From: Octopus vulgaris
Taxonomy: Eukaryota
Assembly: GCA_951406725.2 (NCBI GenBank)
Contig: OX597814.1
Coordinates: 91,884,001-91,948,000 of the forward strand
Direction of reading: 5' to 3'
Length of the DNA stretch: 64,000 nt
The notes under the pieces were generated by a model. That model did no database searches, was not told where the DNA came from, and was given only the letters and a program-made list of their open reading frames with translations. Below are positions 12,505 to 26,291 of the stretch, piece by piece (positions within the stretch are counted from its first letter, which is position 1; every line of letters begins with the position of its first letter). A program made the translations under genes and the position numbers.

Positions 12505-14499
12505 TAAATAATGTGGCCATATTTTCTAGTAGATACTGATAATCTGTTCCGTAAACATGAGAATTATATCGAAATAATTTCATTTAGACCTATAGTATAT
12601 TATTATATAAAATACTTAAAAGTTAATCAAACGTGAATTATTACAGGCAATATATTTTAATATTTTTATATAAATTTTTATATAAACTTTCTACTGCATA
12701 TGCGTGTGGGGTTGTGTGCTTGTGGGTGTGTCTGCGTGTGGGGGTGTATACGTGTAGGAGTATATGCATGTGGGAGTATATGCATGTGGGAGTGTATGCG
12801 TATGTGCGTATTTGTGACTATTATTTTGTTTAAGTACTTCTATGTGTATGACTGTCAAGGCATCTAAAATATATTTGTATGTATGGCTAAGAGTCTGTAC
12901 ATCGGAATGAATTTCTGTTAAATCTCGATGACTGATATGATGCAAATTGTACCGCATTATGTCTATAGATAAAACGAAGTGACGTCACGCTTCTATTTAT
13001 ATTATTCTCTTTTCTCCTTGTATTTTTCCTTTGATTTTGTTTCGTTTCTCTGTCAGTAATTTATTCTGCGACTGTCTTGCTTTTCCTATCCGTTATATTT
13101 CTCTATGACGACTTCCGTTGTCTTTCCACATTAATTTTTGCTCATTAAACTTTATTAGTAAGTAATTGCTTCTGTATGAGATTTTAAGACAGCCGATTTA
13201 TACGAAAGGAACTATTAAACACTCGCGGTATAATTTTCAATTGATTAATGAAGAACAAAGTGAAACTAATTATAAGATCATTAAAGTTTTAATAGAAGAA
13301 ATTAATTCTATTAATTCAACTAACATGAAATATATTTAAATATGTTTTATTAGCAATTGTTACTGTAAGTTTCTTGTTCTTCAGTTTTAAATGGCTATAA
13401 AAAATTCAGACATGTACAAGGTGTTTAAAAGCATACGTTGTAGACAGATACGTTTCAAACCATAGTATTTTACTAGTTAGTCATATAAGCACATCATTCA
13501 TAATAATGAATGAGAAACTTAATGGAACTGTCCTTGTTGCAGATGCATCATTGTGTAGATAAGTGAATATACAAACATATATTTTGAAAATGATAATTGT
13601 ATTAAATAATAAGAAATATGTACAAAGAACTGGGCATAATGACGCTTATGGACATAACAGTGAAGATCTCTAAGAGAGATTGATTGAAAACAAATACTAA
13701 CAAATAATATTTATGTGCATCGAGAAAATTAGTAGATGTTTAAAAATATCCAATGAAGAAGAAGATATAAATGTACACAAAAACCGAATAGTGATGATAA
13801 TTAAATTAAAATGTTAAAGTATATAAATTAAATACATGAAGCCCACGGTAGTAGTGGTTGAGTTAAATGATGACAGTGTAAGGTCAAACTATTCTGCAAA
13901 AAAAAAATAAACAGAACGTTTTAGCCATTCATCGGTAGATAATTCAAAATATTGAAGTATTCTGTATTTTGAAGTATTTCTGTAAGAATATAGAATTACT
14001 TCTCTGCATGTTAAGGTTGAGGACTTTTGAAATAAGAGGAAAAGTTTACAGTGTAAATTGACTTCGAAATGATTATGTGCATTAGCTTGCAGTTAACTTT
14101 AATCGCGATTAGACTTAATTGAGATTTTTTTTCTTTTACAAAAGAAAACAATTATGCTTCGACGAACTTGTAGAATATTTAGATCAGAACATGGTTGTAA
14201 GACCCATTTTGAATATAATTTCGTTTTATCCTAAATATATTCCTAATATCCAGTTGCAACGTGGCTACAGAATAATGATTCCTTTGGGAGGCAATCGGTG
14301 TCAGTTCAACGTCACAACTATAAATCGGTAGAAAAACAGAATTATTGGTTGTTGATAAAGCTTTCCGACATCCCCTTTTTGATGGAAACTGAAGGAATGA
14401 ATGTTTTTCATCATTATATATTCGTACAACTGACATAGCTTTCCAGTTAAGAAGCTCGCTTTGCATTTATGCCATCTTAGGTTCAATTTCACTGTGCGG

Positions 14500-14830
14500 A
14501 ATCTTCACAATGTGTCTTCTATAGCTCCGTGCCGATCAAAGTTTTGTGTGTGAACTTAACTAACGGAAAGTGTGAAGAAGCCCGTTCTATGCACACACGC
14601 GCGCACACACATATATGTATGTATATATGTATGTAAAACGTTTGTTGTAAGTCTGTGTGTATCTTTGATTACTGGTGTAGGTATGTTTAGATTCCCATTA
14701 GGTGAAAGCGACAGGTAGGACAAGTAACACACGTAAAATTTACTACTGGGTTCAACTTATTTGACTAAACTCTTTGAGGTTTTGCTCCAGCATGGTTCCA
14801 GTCCAATGACAGAAAGAAGTAAAAAGATAA
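14500..14830 (+). mobile_element. Degenerate SINE family A
   Basis: tgtcttctatagctccgtgccgatcaaag...gaagaagcccgt and tail gctccagcatggttccagtccaatgacagaaa. Confidence 0.6.
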
Positions 14831-15775
14831 AAAATATAATAAAACATTAAACTAAGGTATGAATAATACTGCAAGATATTTTTAGACTGATAATTGCCAT
14901 TTAGCACATTGCTATCCATCCATCCGACTTCGCTCACTCTTCCTGGCAGGTCATGGGTGTAGAATATTTTGGTATGTCCTCCACAGAGTCTTCTAAGAAA
15001 CAACTGTGATTAGATTTTCGGTCTGGATTTCCAAGCGAGACGAACTGAAACTATGGATATTATCCACCATCCCGGTCCTGATATACTCCAAGTACCATAC
15101 CGACTGGCTTAGCTTGAAGAAACCATCTCACGATTCCTTCCTGTTCCATTCTAATCACATGTTCACCGTATCGGAAGTCTGACCTATCTATGAGAATCAC
15201 TGACTCAGCCTAGAGAAACTGTCTGGTCTCCGAGCTACTCACTCTGTTGAGTAACAGTTACGCCAGGGACTCTTCGGGCGCTTGTGTTCGAGATCGTTCT
15301 CTTTCGGTTGTTACCCTATATTCATGACTCTACATGAAGATAGGAACGGAAACCGAATTGATGGTAGCGAGTATGGCTAGATTACCAACCTCATCTGTGG
15401 ATCGAATGCAGGCATCGGCGTACTGGTGTGCAAGCTCCTGCAACTCTGGCGTCCACGCATCTTCCTGTCTTCCATCACACGTGAATACGTCTCTCCACTT
15501 GTCTCAGTAATTTCTCGTTAACATGCACTGTGCACTGAGGCGTGTTTCTACAGAGGACCAGTGTTTCAATCATCGCAACACTAATTCTTATCCCTGCTTT
15601 GCAGGAGTCGATAGCACAGTCGATTAGTTCATGCAGGAGATCATCCTCACGCTTACATGCACACATACACCTTGTCTCAAAAGGGAAATACGAAATTAAG
15701 TTGTAAATATATGTAATTAATAAAACATACAAAGTAGTTCTTTTGAAGTCTCCAACATCGGAATAGCTATATATA

Positions 15776-16250
15776 CCAGGTTGAGTTAAAAGTAATTTCG
15801 TATTTCAAGCTTTAATTACTAATTCAAGTAAGCTATATGCGAAAAGTATCAAAATATATTACATCACATTCTGTTGTTTATCGCCACCGTTGTACAGTTA
15901 GTTCAATTCTACGCTTATGACACTCTGCTTTACAGGCAAAATACTCCCTGCGTCAGTTTTGAAATTCATTCGTTCATGCAAGAAATGAGCCATGGCTGGG
16001 ATAAGATGAGAATCTAATGGTGTGAGGCCTGGATTGAAGTGAGGGTAAGGTATCACTTCCATCCTTTCAAGATCTCCAAGCTTGCGCTTGGTGATATTGT
16101 CAGTGTGTGCTTGGGAATTTGTCATGCTGTAACATTGCACATCATCGATTAGACAATGTATGTGGTTTTCAAAGCATCGTGAACTCTTTGCATTTGTTAA
16201 ACATAAATGTTAGTGATTATAGCATGATCATCTGGAGTAAGCTCAATGTG
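15776..16250 (-). mobile_element. Mariner (DD34D-type) transposase remnant
   Basis: Minus strand HD..QAHT...MEVIPYPHFNPGLTPLDSHL resembles HDNARPH...LPHPPYSPDLAPSDYHL. Confidence 0.65.
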
Positions 16251-16563
16251 CAACATCCCCTGAAATACGACCAAGCGCACAACTTGGCTTTCTGTTCAAC
16301 CACACTTATATGGCAACAGGTTCTGAAACCTGGCCGGCAAGAAACCGCTGATATCTCTTATTAGGATTTCGAAAATAGATCTATTTTTCATTCGAAGAAA
16401 AGAACGGGCGTCTGGAGGATTTGCTAGCGGTTGTTTGCAAATATTCATATGTCTTTCATGAGTAACTTATCGGCAATGTCTTAACAAAAGGCCGAAATTT
16501 TTGACGTGACGATTGATAGTGATTCATGAAAGACCAAGTTCTGTCGGCAATATATGACTGCTT

Positions 16564-16799
16564 GGGCGGCGAGCTGGCAGAAACGTTAGCACGCCTGGCG
16601 TAATGCTTAGCGGTATTTCGTCTGCTGCTACGTTCTGAGTTCAAGTTCTGCCAAGGTCGACTTTGCCTTTCATCCTTTAGGGGTCGATAAAGTAAGTACT
16701 AGTTAGTTATGCACTGAGGTCGACATAATCGAATTAATCCGTGTGTCTGTCCTTGTTTGCCCTTTCTGTATTTAACCCCTTGTGGGTAGTAAAGAAATA
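16564..16799 (+). mobile_element. Full-length SINE family B with 18-bp TSD
   Basis: tRNA-like head (ggcggcgagctggcagaaacgttagcac...gagttcaag) and central gtcgactttgcctttcatccttt.ggggtcgataaa (Meta-domain-like); TSD ggcaatatatga(c/g)tgctt at 16546-16563 and 16800-16817; empty site in the paralog near 25306. Confidence 0.9.
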
Positions 16800-17209
16800 G
16801 GCAATATATGAGTGCTTATGCTTGGCTGTTCCTCAGCTATTCCAAACAAGGCCTCATCTTCAACAAGATAAGGTCTCCCTGGCCTTAATTTGTTCTCCTT
16901 GAATCCTCCAAACTATTTTTGTGTCTTGTTTGTGGGCAGTTCCTGGACCGTTCATATCATTCATTTCTTTTTCCGCTGCCCTCGCTTCATTCCTTCGAAA
17001 GGTAGCATAAAATGGTTCTATTTGTAATGTTTTCACCACTCATTATCAAAATTGTAAAATGAAAAATAAACAATTCATGTTTATATATTGTACATGGAAA
17101 GGAAGAATAAACGATTCAGCAACGACTGGATAACAAGCTGTCAAATTAATTATATATAATGGCGATACATGTCAAAATTCATCAGAGAAAATCCTAAAAA
17201 CTTTTGCCT

Positions 17210-17261
<52 letters not shown>

Positions 17262-17473
17262 TCACTCACTCACACACTCACACACAAATATATGTATATA
17301 TATATATATATATAGACAGAGAGATAGACAAACATACATGCATATATACGTTGCCGGGTCATAGTGCTAGTGCATGTATATATGTGTTTATATATGTGTA
17401 CATATTACATGTACATCTATATATATATACATCTACACATAAACTGCAAAATACAAAGTTATATATTGATATC

Positions 17474-18220
17474 GCTAGTGATAACTATACTCAAAATATA
17501 TAACAGACTGAAATTGTTAGCTCTTCTTTTTCTCTACATTGTATACTTTATAGACAATAGTCTTTAATTTGATTTTTTATTATCTAACTGGACTATTCCA
17601 TTTCTGCACGCTAATTATATTTTTAATTTATTCCCATTCATGTGAAACCACTTATTCAAGTTCAAATCATTGATGCAATTTTATACCAATTGGTATTTTT
17701 ACTTTTGTTATGTTACGATTATATTATACTTTAGTTTGATTTTAATTATTACTTACTACATATGATTCAATTGTTATTATTATTTTTATTGTTAAAGTGA
17801 AAGCATCTGAGAAATATTAGATGAAATATAGAGAAATATTTTTGTTTCACTTTTAACACGTAATACTGAAATAGTGGAGAAGATATGATATTGCTATGGA
17901 CTCGCTCTAGGCAAGAAGTTGAACATTTATTTTCCCTATGAAATTACATGGACCCAAAGTAGGGCATGTGTAAGATTTGAAGGAAATTGGTTGTGTAGTT
18001 CTCAAGTTTTAGGGAATCATAGTGGAGAAGATATGATATTGCTGTGGGCTCGCCCTAGGCAAAAAGTTAAATTTATTTTGCCGATGACACTCCCCGGACC
18101 GTAAGTAAGGCATGTGTAAAATTTGAATGAAATTGGTTGTGTAGTTCTCAAGTTTTAGGGAAACACACAGACAGACAGACACACACACACACACACATTC
18201 TCAGTTTTATATATATAAAG
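17474..18220 (-). mobile_element. Helitron-like non-autonomous element with internal ~148-bp tandem repeat
   Basis: aaatttga..gaaattggttgtgtagttctc motif and acagacagac...ttttatatatata end resemble the 2885-3266 element; direct repeat 17871-18018 / 18019-18160. Confidence 0.55.
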
Positions 18221-18271
18221 GTATACATGCACTAGCACTATGACCCGGCAACGTCGGGTCTTTAATGCTAG

Positions 18272-18306
<35 letters not shown>

Positions 18307-18493
18307 GTATATATGTATGTATATATAAATATATGTGTGTGTGTGTATGTAATATGTCGAATATTATAAAGACAATGGGGTCTTTAAATGGATATGAATT
18401 AAATTATTAACATATTGTGAATTAAGCCTGCAATTCTTTTAATTTGTATACAATATATCTATAGCTATCTTTCTATATGTGTGTGTATGTACA

Positions 18494-18568
<75 letters not shown>

Positions 18569-18605
18569 GAAAGAAGGTTTAAAATGCAATTTAAAAGATG
18601 TTTAT

Positions 18606-18650
18606 TTACTTAACCGGTTTCACTCTTTGGTAAAAGATTGTCAAAAGTAA
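18606..18650 (-). ncRNA. Minimal type I hammerhead, U3-A8 core variant
   Basis: UUACUU UUGACAA UCUUU-uacc-AAAGA gu GAAA C-CG-G UU AAGUAA; 6-bp stem I and palindromic stem III. Confidence 0.7.
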
Positions 18651-19894
18651 CATTGAATATTATGGGTTCCAAAAAGTTTTTTACATAATTGTCACATTGA
18701 ATATTATGAATTCAAAAATGTTTTTTATACATAATTGTCACATTACATGTATAAATATAGTGTTTGGTAACAGAGATATGTTAAGGGCATAAAAAAGTTC
18801 AATAGTGTGATGAGAATATTTGGAAAAATTGGCAGAAAAGAATAAAACAAATATATTATTGGAAATTTGGTTGCGTTAATTATTGGTTGTCGCAAATTGT
18901 CACATTACATGTATATATATACAGTCTTTGGTAGAAAGGACATGTTAAAGACATAAGGAAGTGTAATAGTTTGGTGAGAAAGTTTGTAATATTGATATTT
19001 TATACATCTCAGAATATTTTGAAATGAAGGCGAGAATTTGTTTTTACTGACCTGTTTGTTTTAGCAGAGAAGTTGAATTGAGAGAAAAAGATGTGTACCC
19101 AGTTTTGTGCATGGTTCCCCTTCAAGCATCAATGATTTTGGGGTTATCGGGATGTGAGTATGCGGGTGTGAATAGATGTGTCCGTGTGCCTGCTGGTCAG
19201 ACGGCGTTTGTTTGTCACACACATATATGCACACACACACAACACACACACATAGTATACAAACACACACCACATACACACAACACACACACACACAGAA
19301 CACACACATACACAACGCACCCACATATATAATATACACACACAGCACACAAATATAACATGTATTTATATATAATATACACACATATATAACACACATG
19401 CACACACAACACACACACACACACACACACAACACACGCATACATACATACGTAATATAAATATCACACAAATACACCTAGCATATATATACACACAATA
19501 TACATACACAGCATGTATATAATACACATACACAATATATGCATGCAATATACATACGCAATACATACATATAATATATATATATAGACAATGCATATAC
19601 ATATATACATATATACATATAAATAGTGTTTACATACACATACATAGATATACCACATATACACACAATATACATACACACAATGCATACACATACACGT
19701 ACGCATACATATAATATATATATACACACACACATAACATACATACACAATTCATACATATATATACATGCAATGTATATACATGTATTCATGCATATAT
19801 AGCACACCTACAATATACATATATACATGTTTATACACACATATGCATGCAAATATATATACACACACACACATACACACACACACATATATAT

Positions 19895-19937
<43 letters not shown>

Positions 19938-20522
19938 CATACATGCACATATATATATTTTTTCACACACATATACACACACATATATATATAAAATTCA
20001 CACACACACAAAATACAAACCTATAGCGTACACACTCAAATATATCTCTACATACCGCACACATACACAAACAATGTACTCACATATACACACATACCAT
20101 GCATATACACACACAACACACACACATATACATATATATATAAAACAAATACACATGTAAATACATACACACGTACACAATGCTCACACACATACACACA
20201 CACGCACACAGTGCACACACACACACACAACGCGCACACACACACACATACACACACACGCACACAGTGCACACACACACATATATATATACACACGCGC
20301 ACACACACACACACAACGCGCACACACACACACACTACACTCACACACATACATAACCTAGATATATATAATGCATGCGTGTGCGTGCCACGTATGTGTG
20401 CGGTCAATTCCCGCTAGTGTGTCCTATGCGTGCCGATGCGCGCATGTGTGCGCCCGCACGATATGCTGTGAGTGTGCGCGTGTCCCTGTGTGCTTGCTCT
20501 GGATGTGTGTCCAGGGGGTATG

Positions 20523-23500
20523 TTAGAGTATGTTTAGTTGTGGTCTGTATTTTTGAATAAGATTACTTTCCCTATTTATTCGTGTTTGGTCTGTGGTGTT
20601 GTCCGAGCATTGGTATAGTGGGAAGACTAAGAATTTGGGGGACTTAGTGTGTGCACAAAGGTCTAAGTGTCCACTTAGTGGCATCTGTGGAGGGGTCCCT
20701 CAGTTGTTGTCGGTGAACTGTCATTCTTTCTCTGAGGGTAAGGCTCGTTTGCCCTATGTAGTCTTCGTGGCATCCTTCACACCTTATGACGTAGAGTAAA
20801 TTTTTTGATGCGCACGTGAAATTATTTTTTATGATGAATGTGTGTCCCGAGTGGAACTTGTACGACGATCCCTCAATGAGGTGGATGCAGGTCCTGCAGT
20901 TGGGGCGACCACATTTTTTGATGGTGGGCGGTGGGTTTGTGTTGTGTAATTTTGCGTTGGTGAGGAGGTTTTTTAGGGATTTAGGTTGTCTCTTACTTTT
21001 TATTATTTTATGAGCTGCCAGTATTTTTTTCAGGCGTGGGTCTTGATTTAGTTGTGGAATGTTGTTGTATATAATAGTGTAAGCTTCTGCATTCCTTGGG
21101 TTGTGTGTTGAGAGATAGGGGAGGCTATTTACTGTACTGTGGATGTGTTTGGGTTTTCGTAGGTCTTGAATGTTGATTGATTTGGCCCGTTCTATTCCGT
21201 TGTCTACTAGTGATGCCGGGTAATGTCTTTCGAGAATTGCCCTTAGTTCCCGGAGTCTTCTATTTCGTGTTGTGTCATTTGAGACAATAGTGCAGATTCT
21301 TCTCGCTAGGTTGAAGGGGATATTTGTCTTTGTGTGTTTTGGGTGATTGGAGGTGAATAGAAGGTATTGTTTAGAGTCAGTGGGTTTGTAATGGATGTCA
21401 GTTTCAATGTTGACGCCTTTTTTAATGATTAGGATGTCAAGAAAAGGGAGTTGGTCCTGACTATATTCCATTGTGAATTGAATGTTGTTATTTACACTGT
21501 TGATAAGGTTTTTGAAGTCTATAAGTTGGTCGAGTGTGTGGGACCATAGGATGAGGCAATCATCTAAGTAGCGTATTAGTAGTATTTGTGGAAAGACTGG
21601 CCGTACTTATATTTGGATTTTTCATAGATATGTGATTCCAGGTAGGCCATCACCAGGTGTGCATAGGTAGGTGCAACTTTCGTACCCATTGCAGTTCCTG
21701 AGATCTGTCTGTAAGTGTTGTTGTGGAAATACATGAAGTTGTTTTGCAGAATAAATTTGAGGCCCTCAATTATGAATTCTTTTTTAATTCTTTCCGGGAT
21801 CTCATTGGGATATTTATCTAGCCATAATTTAATGGCTTCCAGTCCATATTCATGTGGGATTGTGGTGTAAAGATTTATAACATCAAAAGAAACTATTAAA
21901 GTGTCTTTATCAGTATGTTTGGGGAGATGATTTAATAGGTCCAGGTCATCTCTTACAATACTTGGAATGTGTTTCAGTATTGGCTTTAAGATGATATCTA
22001 TAAAGTTGCTAAGTCTGTGTGTTTCACAACTTGGGCCTGCCACTATTGGTTTCAGTTTGAGATCAGTGGGATGTGGTATAGTGATGCAGGTTGAAGTGGA
22101 CTTTTTGCAAGCTTCTGTGATAATTTCACTCTTGTGTATTTTTGGAAGCCCATAGAGTGTGCTGGTTTTGCAATTAAATTTAGTAATGTAGTCGCATTCC
22201 TTTGCTGTCAAGTTATTCCGGTGTTGGTAAATGAGTGCCTTCAGTTTGGTCATTGTTTTGGATTGCTGGTAGTCGACTACTCTTTCATAGTATGTGGTAT
22301 CCTCTAAAAGGAGAGATACAGAGTTTTGATATTGCTCAGTATTCATAACAACGACCGTACTACCCTTATCAGCTTCCTTTATTGTGACGTCATGATTGTC
22401 TCGTAGCGTATGGATGATTTCCCATTCTCTTTTACTGGTGTTGGGTTTGAGTTTAGGTTGTGGGAGTTCACCATAAGGAAGTTTGAGATGTAATCGCAAA
22501 ATTTGTCTAAGGTTTTGTTTTTGCCTTTTATGGGATTATATTTGCTTTTGTTACGGACCATTGATTCGTCGTTATTATTAGTTTTCCTGTCAAAAAATTC
22601 CTCTGTGAGGCGTAATTTTCTGCAAAAGTGTGAGATGTCATCCTGTATTTCCCTCAGGTTAGGGTATTGCGGAGTTGGGGTGAATTTTAGTCCTCTTGAA
22701 AGGATTTTTATTTGTGGTGTCGACAGGTTTAGGTTAGAAAGATTCACTATTTTTGGTTTTTCGGGGTTGGTATCTACCATCTGGTGTCGTGGAAACTGAT
22801 GCCCTTGCCTAAAAAGGAATCCTGGGGGTTCTTCTATCTGCGGTATTTTGCTGTATGTGATTCTGTCCCCCGTTGATATGTTGTCTGTTGAAGAGGTTTT
22901 GGTTGTTCCAGGGTCTGGGTTGTTGGTGTGGCCTCCTGGAAGAGTTTTGGTTATTCCAGGGTCTGGGTTGTTTGTCCTGGGTGTAATGTTGGTTCCTTAG
23001 AGTGGGTTGGAAACTACATTCATGGTTTAGAAGTGAATTCCTATATGTTGGGGGATAACTCTGAGTTAGGAACGGTTTGGGTTGGAATCTACAATCATAG
23101 TTCAGAGATGGGTTTCTAAGTGATGGGTAGGATCTCCGAATCTGGAACGGTTCTTGTGTGGGTTGGGGTCTACGTTGTCTGGTAAAGTTTTGTCTTGTGA
23201 TGATGGGTGTCTCGGTTCCTTTGATGGGATTGTAGTGCTGTCTGCAAGTTCTGTTGTTGTTGTTGTCGATGTTAGGGGTGGTGTGTGTTCGGTGTTTTGT
23301 GGTTTGTTTTCTTTGGTTTCGGCGAGGGGTGTGAGTTGAAGTAGATATTTTAAAATATGGGTTGCTTGAAAGGTGTTCCATTCGCTGGAGGGATGTTAGT
23401 TCTTCATCCTCGCAGTTTTTTCTCCAGAGTTTGGTGGTTTCATCAAGGAGTGCTCCTTCACAGTGTTTTGAGATTTCAATCTGCATTTCATTGTCAAGGG

Positions 23501-23670
23501 TCTTGAATTTTTCTTCACTGGCGTTGGCTCTGAGCCGCAAGAGTTCTACTTCCGTTTTGAATTTTTCAAAAGCTAGTTTCTCCCTGAGGTTTTTTTGGTT
23601 TTCTGGTTCATTTTGGATGGGTTTTATTTGTAGTTTTCTGGGTAGGATGATAGGAGTGGAGTTGAGCCAC
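20523..23670 (-). pseudogene. PLE N-terminal ORF, reverse transcriptase and GIY-YIG endonuclease, frameshifted
   Basis: Motifs VNLS..LSRGLKFTPTP, IKEADKG, YGLPKIHK, SFDVINLYT, GTAMGT, RYLDD, PFLD, KPTD, CGRPNCRTC, NLLYVIRC..C..DYIGQT, KYRPQLN; at least three frameshifts (~22450, ~21580, ~20680). Confidence 0.95.
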
Positions 23671-24234
23671 CAGGCACACGGACACATCTATTCACACCCG
23701 CATACTCACCTCCCGATAACCCCAAAATCATTGATGCTTGAAGGGGAACCATACACAAAACTGGGTACACATCTTTTTCTCTCAATTCAACTTTTCTGCT
23801 AAAACAAACAGGTCAGTAAAAACAAATTCTCGCCTTCATTTCAAAATATTCTGAGATGTATAAAATATCCATTTTAATTTTCTCTGTCAATATTACAAAC
23901 TTTCTCACCAAACTATTACACTTCCTTATGTCTTTAACATGTCCTTTCTACCAAAGACTGTATATGTATATACATGTAATGTGACAATTTGCGACAACTA
24001 ATAATTAACGCAACCAAATTTCCAATAATATATTTGTTTTATTCTTTTCTGCCAATTTTTCCAAATATTCTCATCACACTATTGAACTTTTTTATGCCCT
24101 TAACATATCTCTGTTACCAAACACTATATTTATACATGTAATGTGACAATTATGTATAAAAAAACATTTTTGAATTCATAATATTCAATGTAACAATTAT
24201 GTAAAAAACTTTTTTGAACCCATAATATTCAATG

Positions 24235-24279
24235 TTCCTTTTGACAATCTTTTACCAAAGAGTGAAACCGGTTAAGTAA
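24235..24279 (+). ncRNA. Hammerhead copy in the inverted pLTR
   Basis: Same motif as 18606-18650 with one stem I mismatch (ttcctt). Confidence 0.65.
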
Positions 24280-24581
24280 ATAAACATCTTTTAAATTGCA
24301 TTTTCAAACATTCTTTCATATATAATTCCACTCGTGCGATACCCCACAACTCAACTTTTATATATATATATATATATATAAACAAAGTCAAAATGCGATA
24401 AAATAAAATTAATATATATATATATATATATATTTATACCTACGCATGTGTGCGCGCACGTGTGTGTGTGTGTGTGCGTATCTGTTAAATAAAAGGGATA
24501 TCGTGTATATAAATCTAAAAATATTGCAAGGAAACTTGATGTTAGGATATCTCTCTGTGGCTACTTTGGTTGTCTGTTTCT

Positions 24582-24622
<41 letters not shown>

Positions 24623-25735
24623 ACTCACTCACTCACTCTATCGCTCTCTTTCCCCCTCTCTTTCGTCATTCATCACACTCTAAATAAAATATTTATGTCA
24701 TGCATGCTGATATAGGTTTTTTTCTGCATGCTGGATGAATGACATAAAGCTCTCGATCAGCCAACACAGCAAAAACTACAAGCTGCAGGGTTATTGTCTT
24801 TTGTATATTAATGGCAAATACTTTCCCTGTTTAGATGCAGTTACAGTGATAACGGAAATTACAAGAACGCCCTAGATATAACATATCTTTTAAGATATCA
24901 AAAAGCCACTCAGGGAGTGTCCACAGTCAACTGTTGAATAATTGCCATTAGCACTAAACAGAATCAATACGTGCATAACAAACTTAGGATAACATCCCCT
25001 GCTGAATGTGCAATATCCCCTGAAATACCACCAAAGGCACAACTTGGCTTTCCGTTCAACCACACTTATATGGCAACAGGTTCTGAAACCTGACCGGCAA
25101 GAAACTGCTGATATCTCTTATTAGGATTTCGAAAATAGATCCATTTTTCACTCGCAGAAAAGAACGGGTGTCTGGAGGATTTGCTAGCGGTTGTTTGCAA
25201 ATATTCGCATGTCGTCCATGAGTAACTTATCGGCAATGTCTTAACAAAAGGCCGAAATTTTGAGGTGACGATTGATAGTGATTCATAAAAGACCAAGTTC
25301 TGCCGGCAATATATGAGTGCCTATGCTTGCCTGTTCTTCAGCTATTCCAAACAAGGCCTTATCTTCAACAAGAGGTCTCTCTGACCTTATTTGTTTGCTT
25401 TGAATCCGCCAAACCATTTTTTGTCTTGTTTGTGGGCAGTTCGTGGACCGTTCTTATCATTCATTTCTTTTTCCGCTGCCCTCGCTTCATTCCTTCGAAA
25501 GGTAGCATAAAATGGCTCTAATTGTAATGTTTTCACCACTCATTATCAAAATTGTAAAATGAAAAATAAACAATTCCTGTTTATATATTGTACATGAAAA
25601 GGAAGAATAAACAATTCAGCAACGATTGGATAACAAGCTGTCAAATTAATTATATATAATGGCGTTACATGTCAAAATTCATCAGTGAAAAATCCTAAAA
25701 ACGTTCCACTTAACCTAGTACGCACACACACGCAA

Positions 25736-25794
<59 letters not shown>

Positions 25795-25798
<4 letters not shown>

Positions 25799-25851
25799 CA
25801 GATAGACGAACAGACAGTTAGATATTAAGATAGATAGATAGACAGATAGAC

Positions 25852-25949
<98 letters not shown>

Positions 25950-25999
25950 GTAGGTAGGTAGTTAAATTGATAGATAGATAGATAGTTATATATATATAT

Positions 26000-26074
<75 letters not shown>

Positions 26075-26075
26075 T
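25795..26075. repeat. (GATA)n microsatellite
   Basis: Long GATA array with interruptions. Confidence 0.95.
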
Positions 26076-26291
26076 GCACGTATATAATACATATTTGTAT
26101 GTTTTTGTGTGTGTGTGTGTATCAATGATCGCTTAGTATGAGCAATTCTATAATAGTTCTTGTTACTGGTAACTCCTGATATTTCTCTGGATTATGAATA
26201 CTACCAGGAGTGTAAATTCCATAGAATTAGAAAGAATACAGAATCTGGTACATCTTAACATTTTTCATTTAATTTGATAGTTATTCATACA

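Larger units (their letters stand above)
18565..24358 (-). mobile_element. Near-complete Penelope-like retroelement with inverted pseudo-LTRs
   Basis: Inverted repeats 18565-19192 and 23671-24322 flank the RT and GIY-YIG coding region; a hammerhead lies in each repeat. Confidence 0.95.

Noticed and set aside
16564-16660. tRNA gene
   Set aside because: The A/B-box-like sequence is the head of a multicopy SINE with a TSD, not a complete cloverleaf
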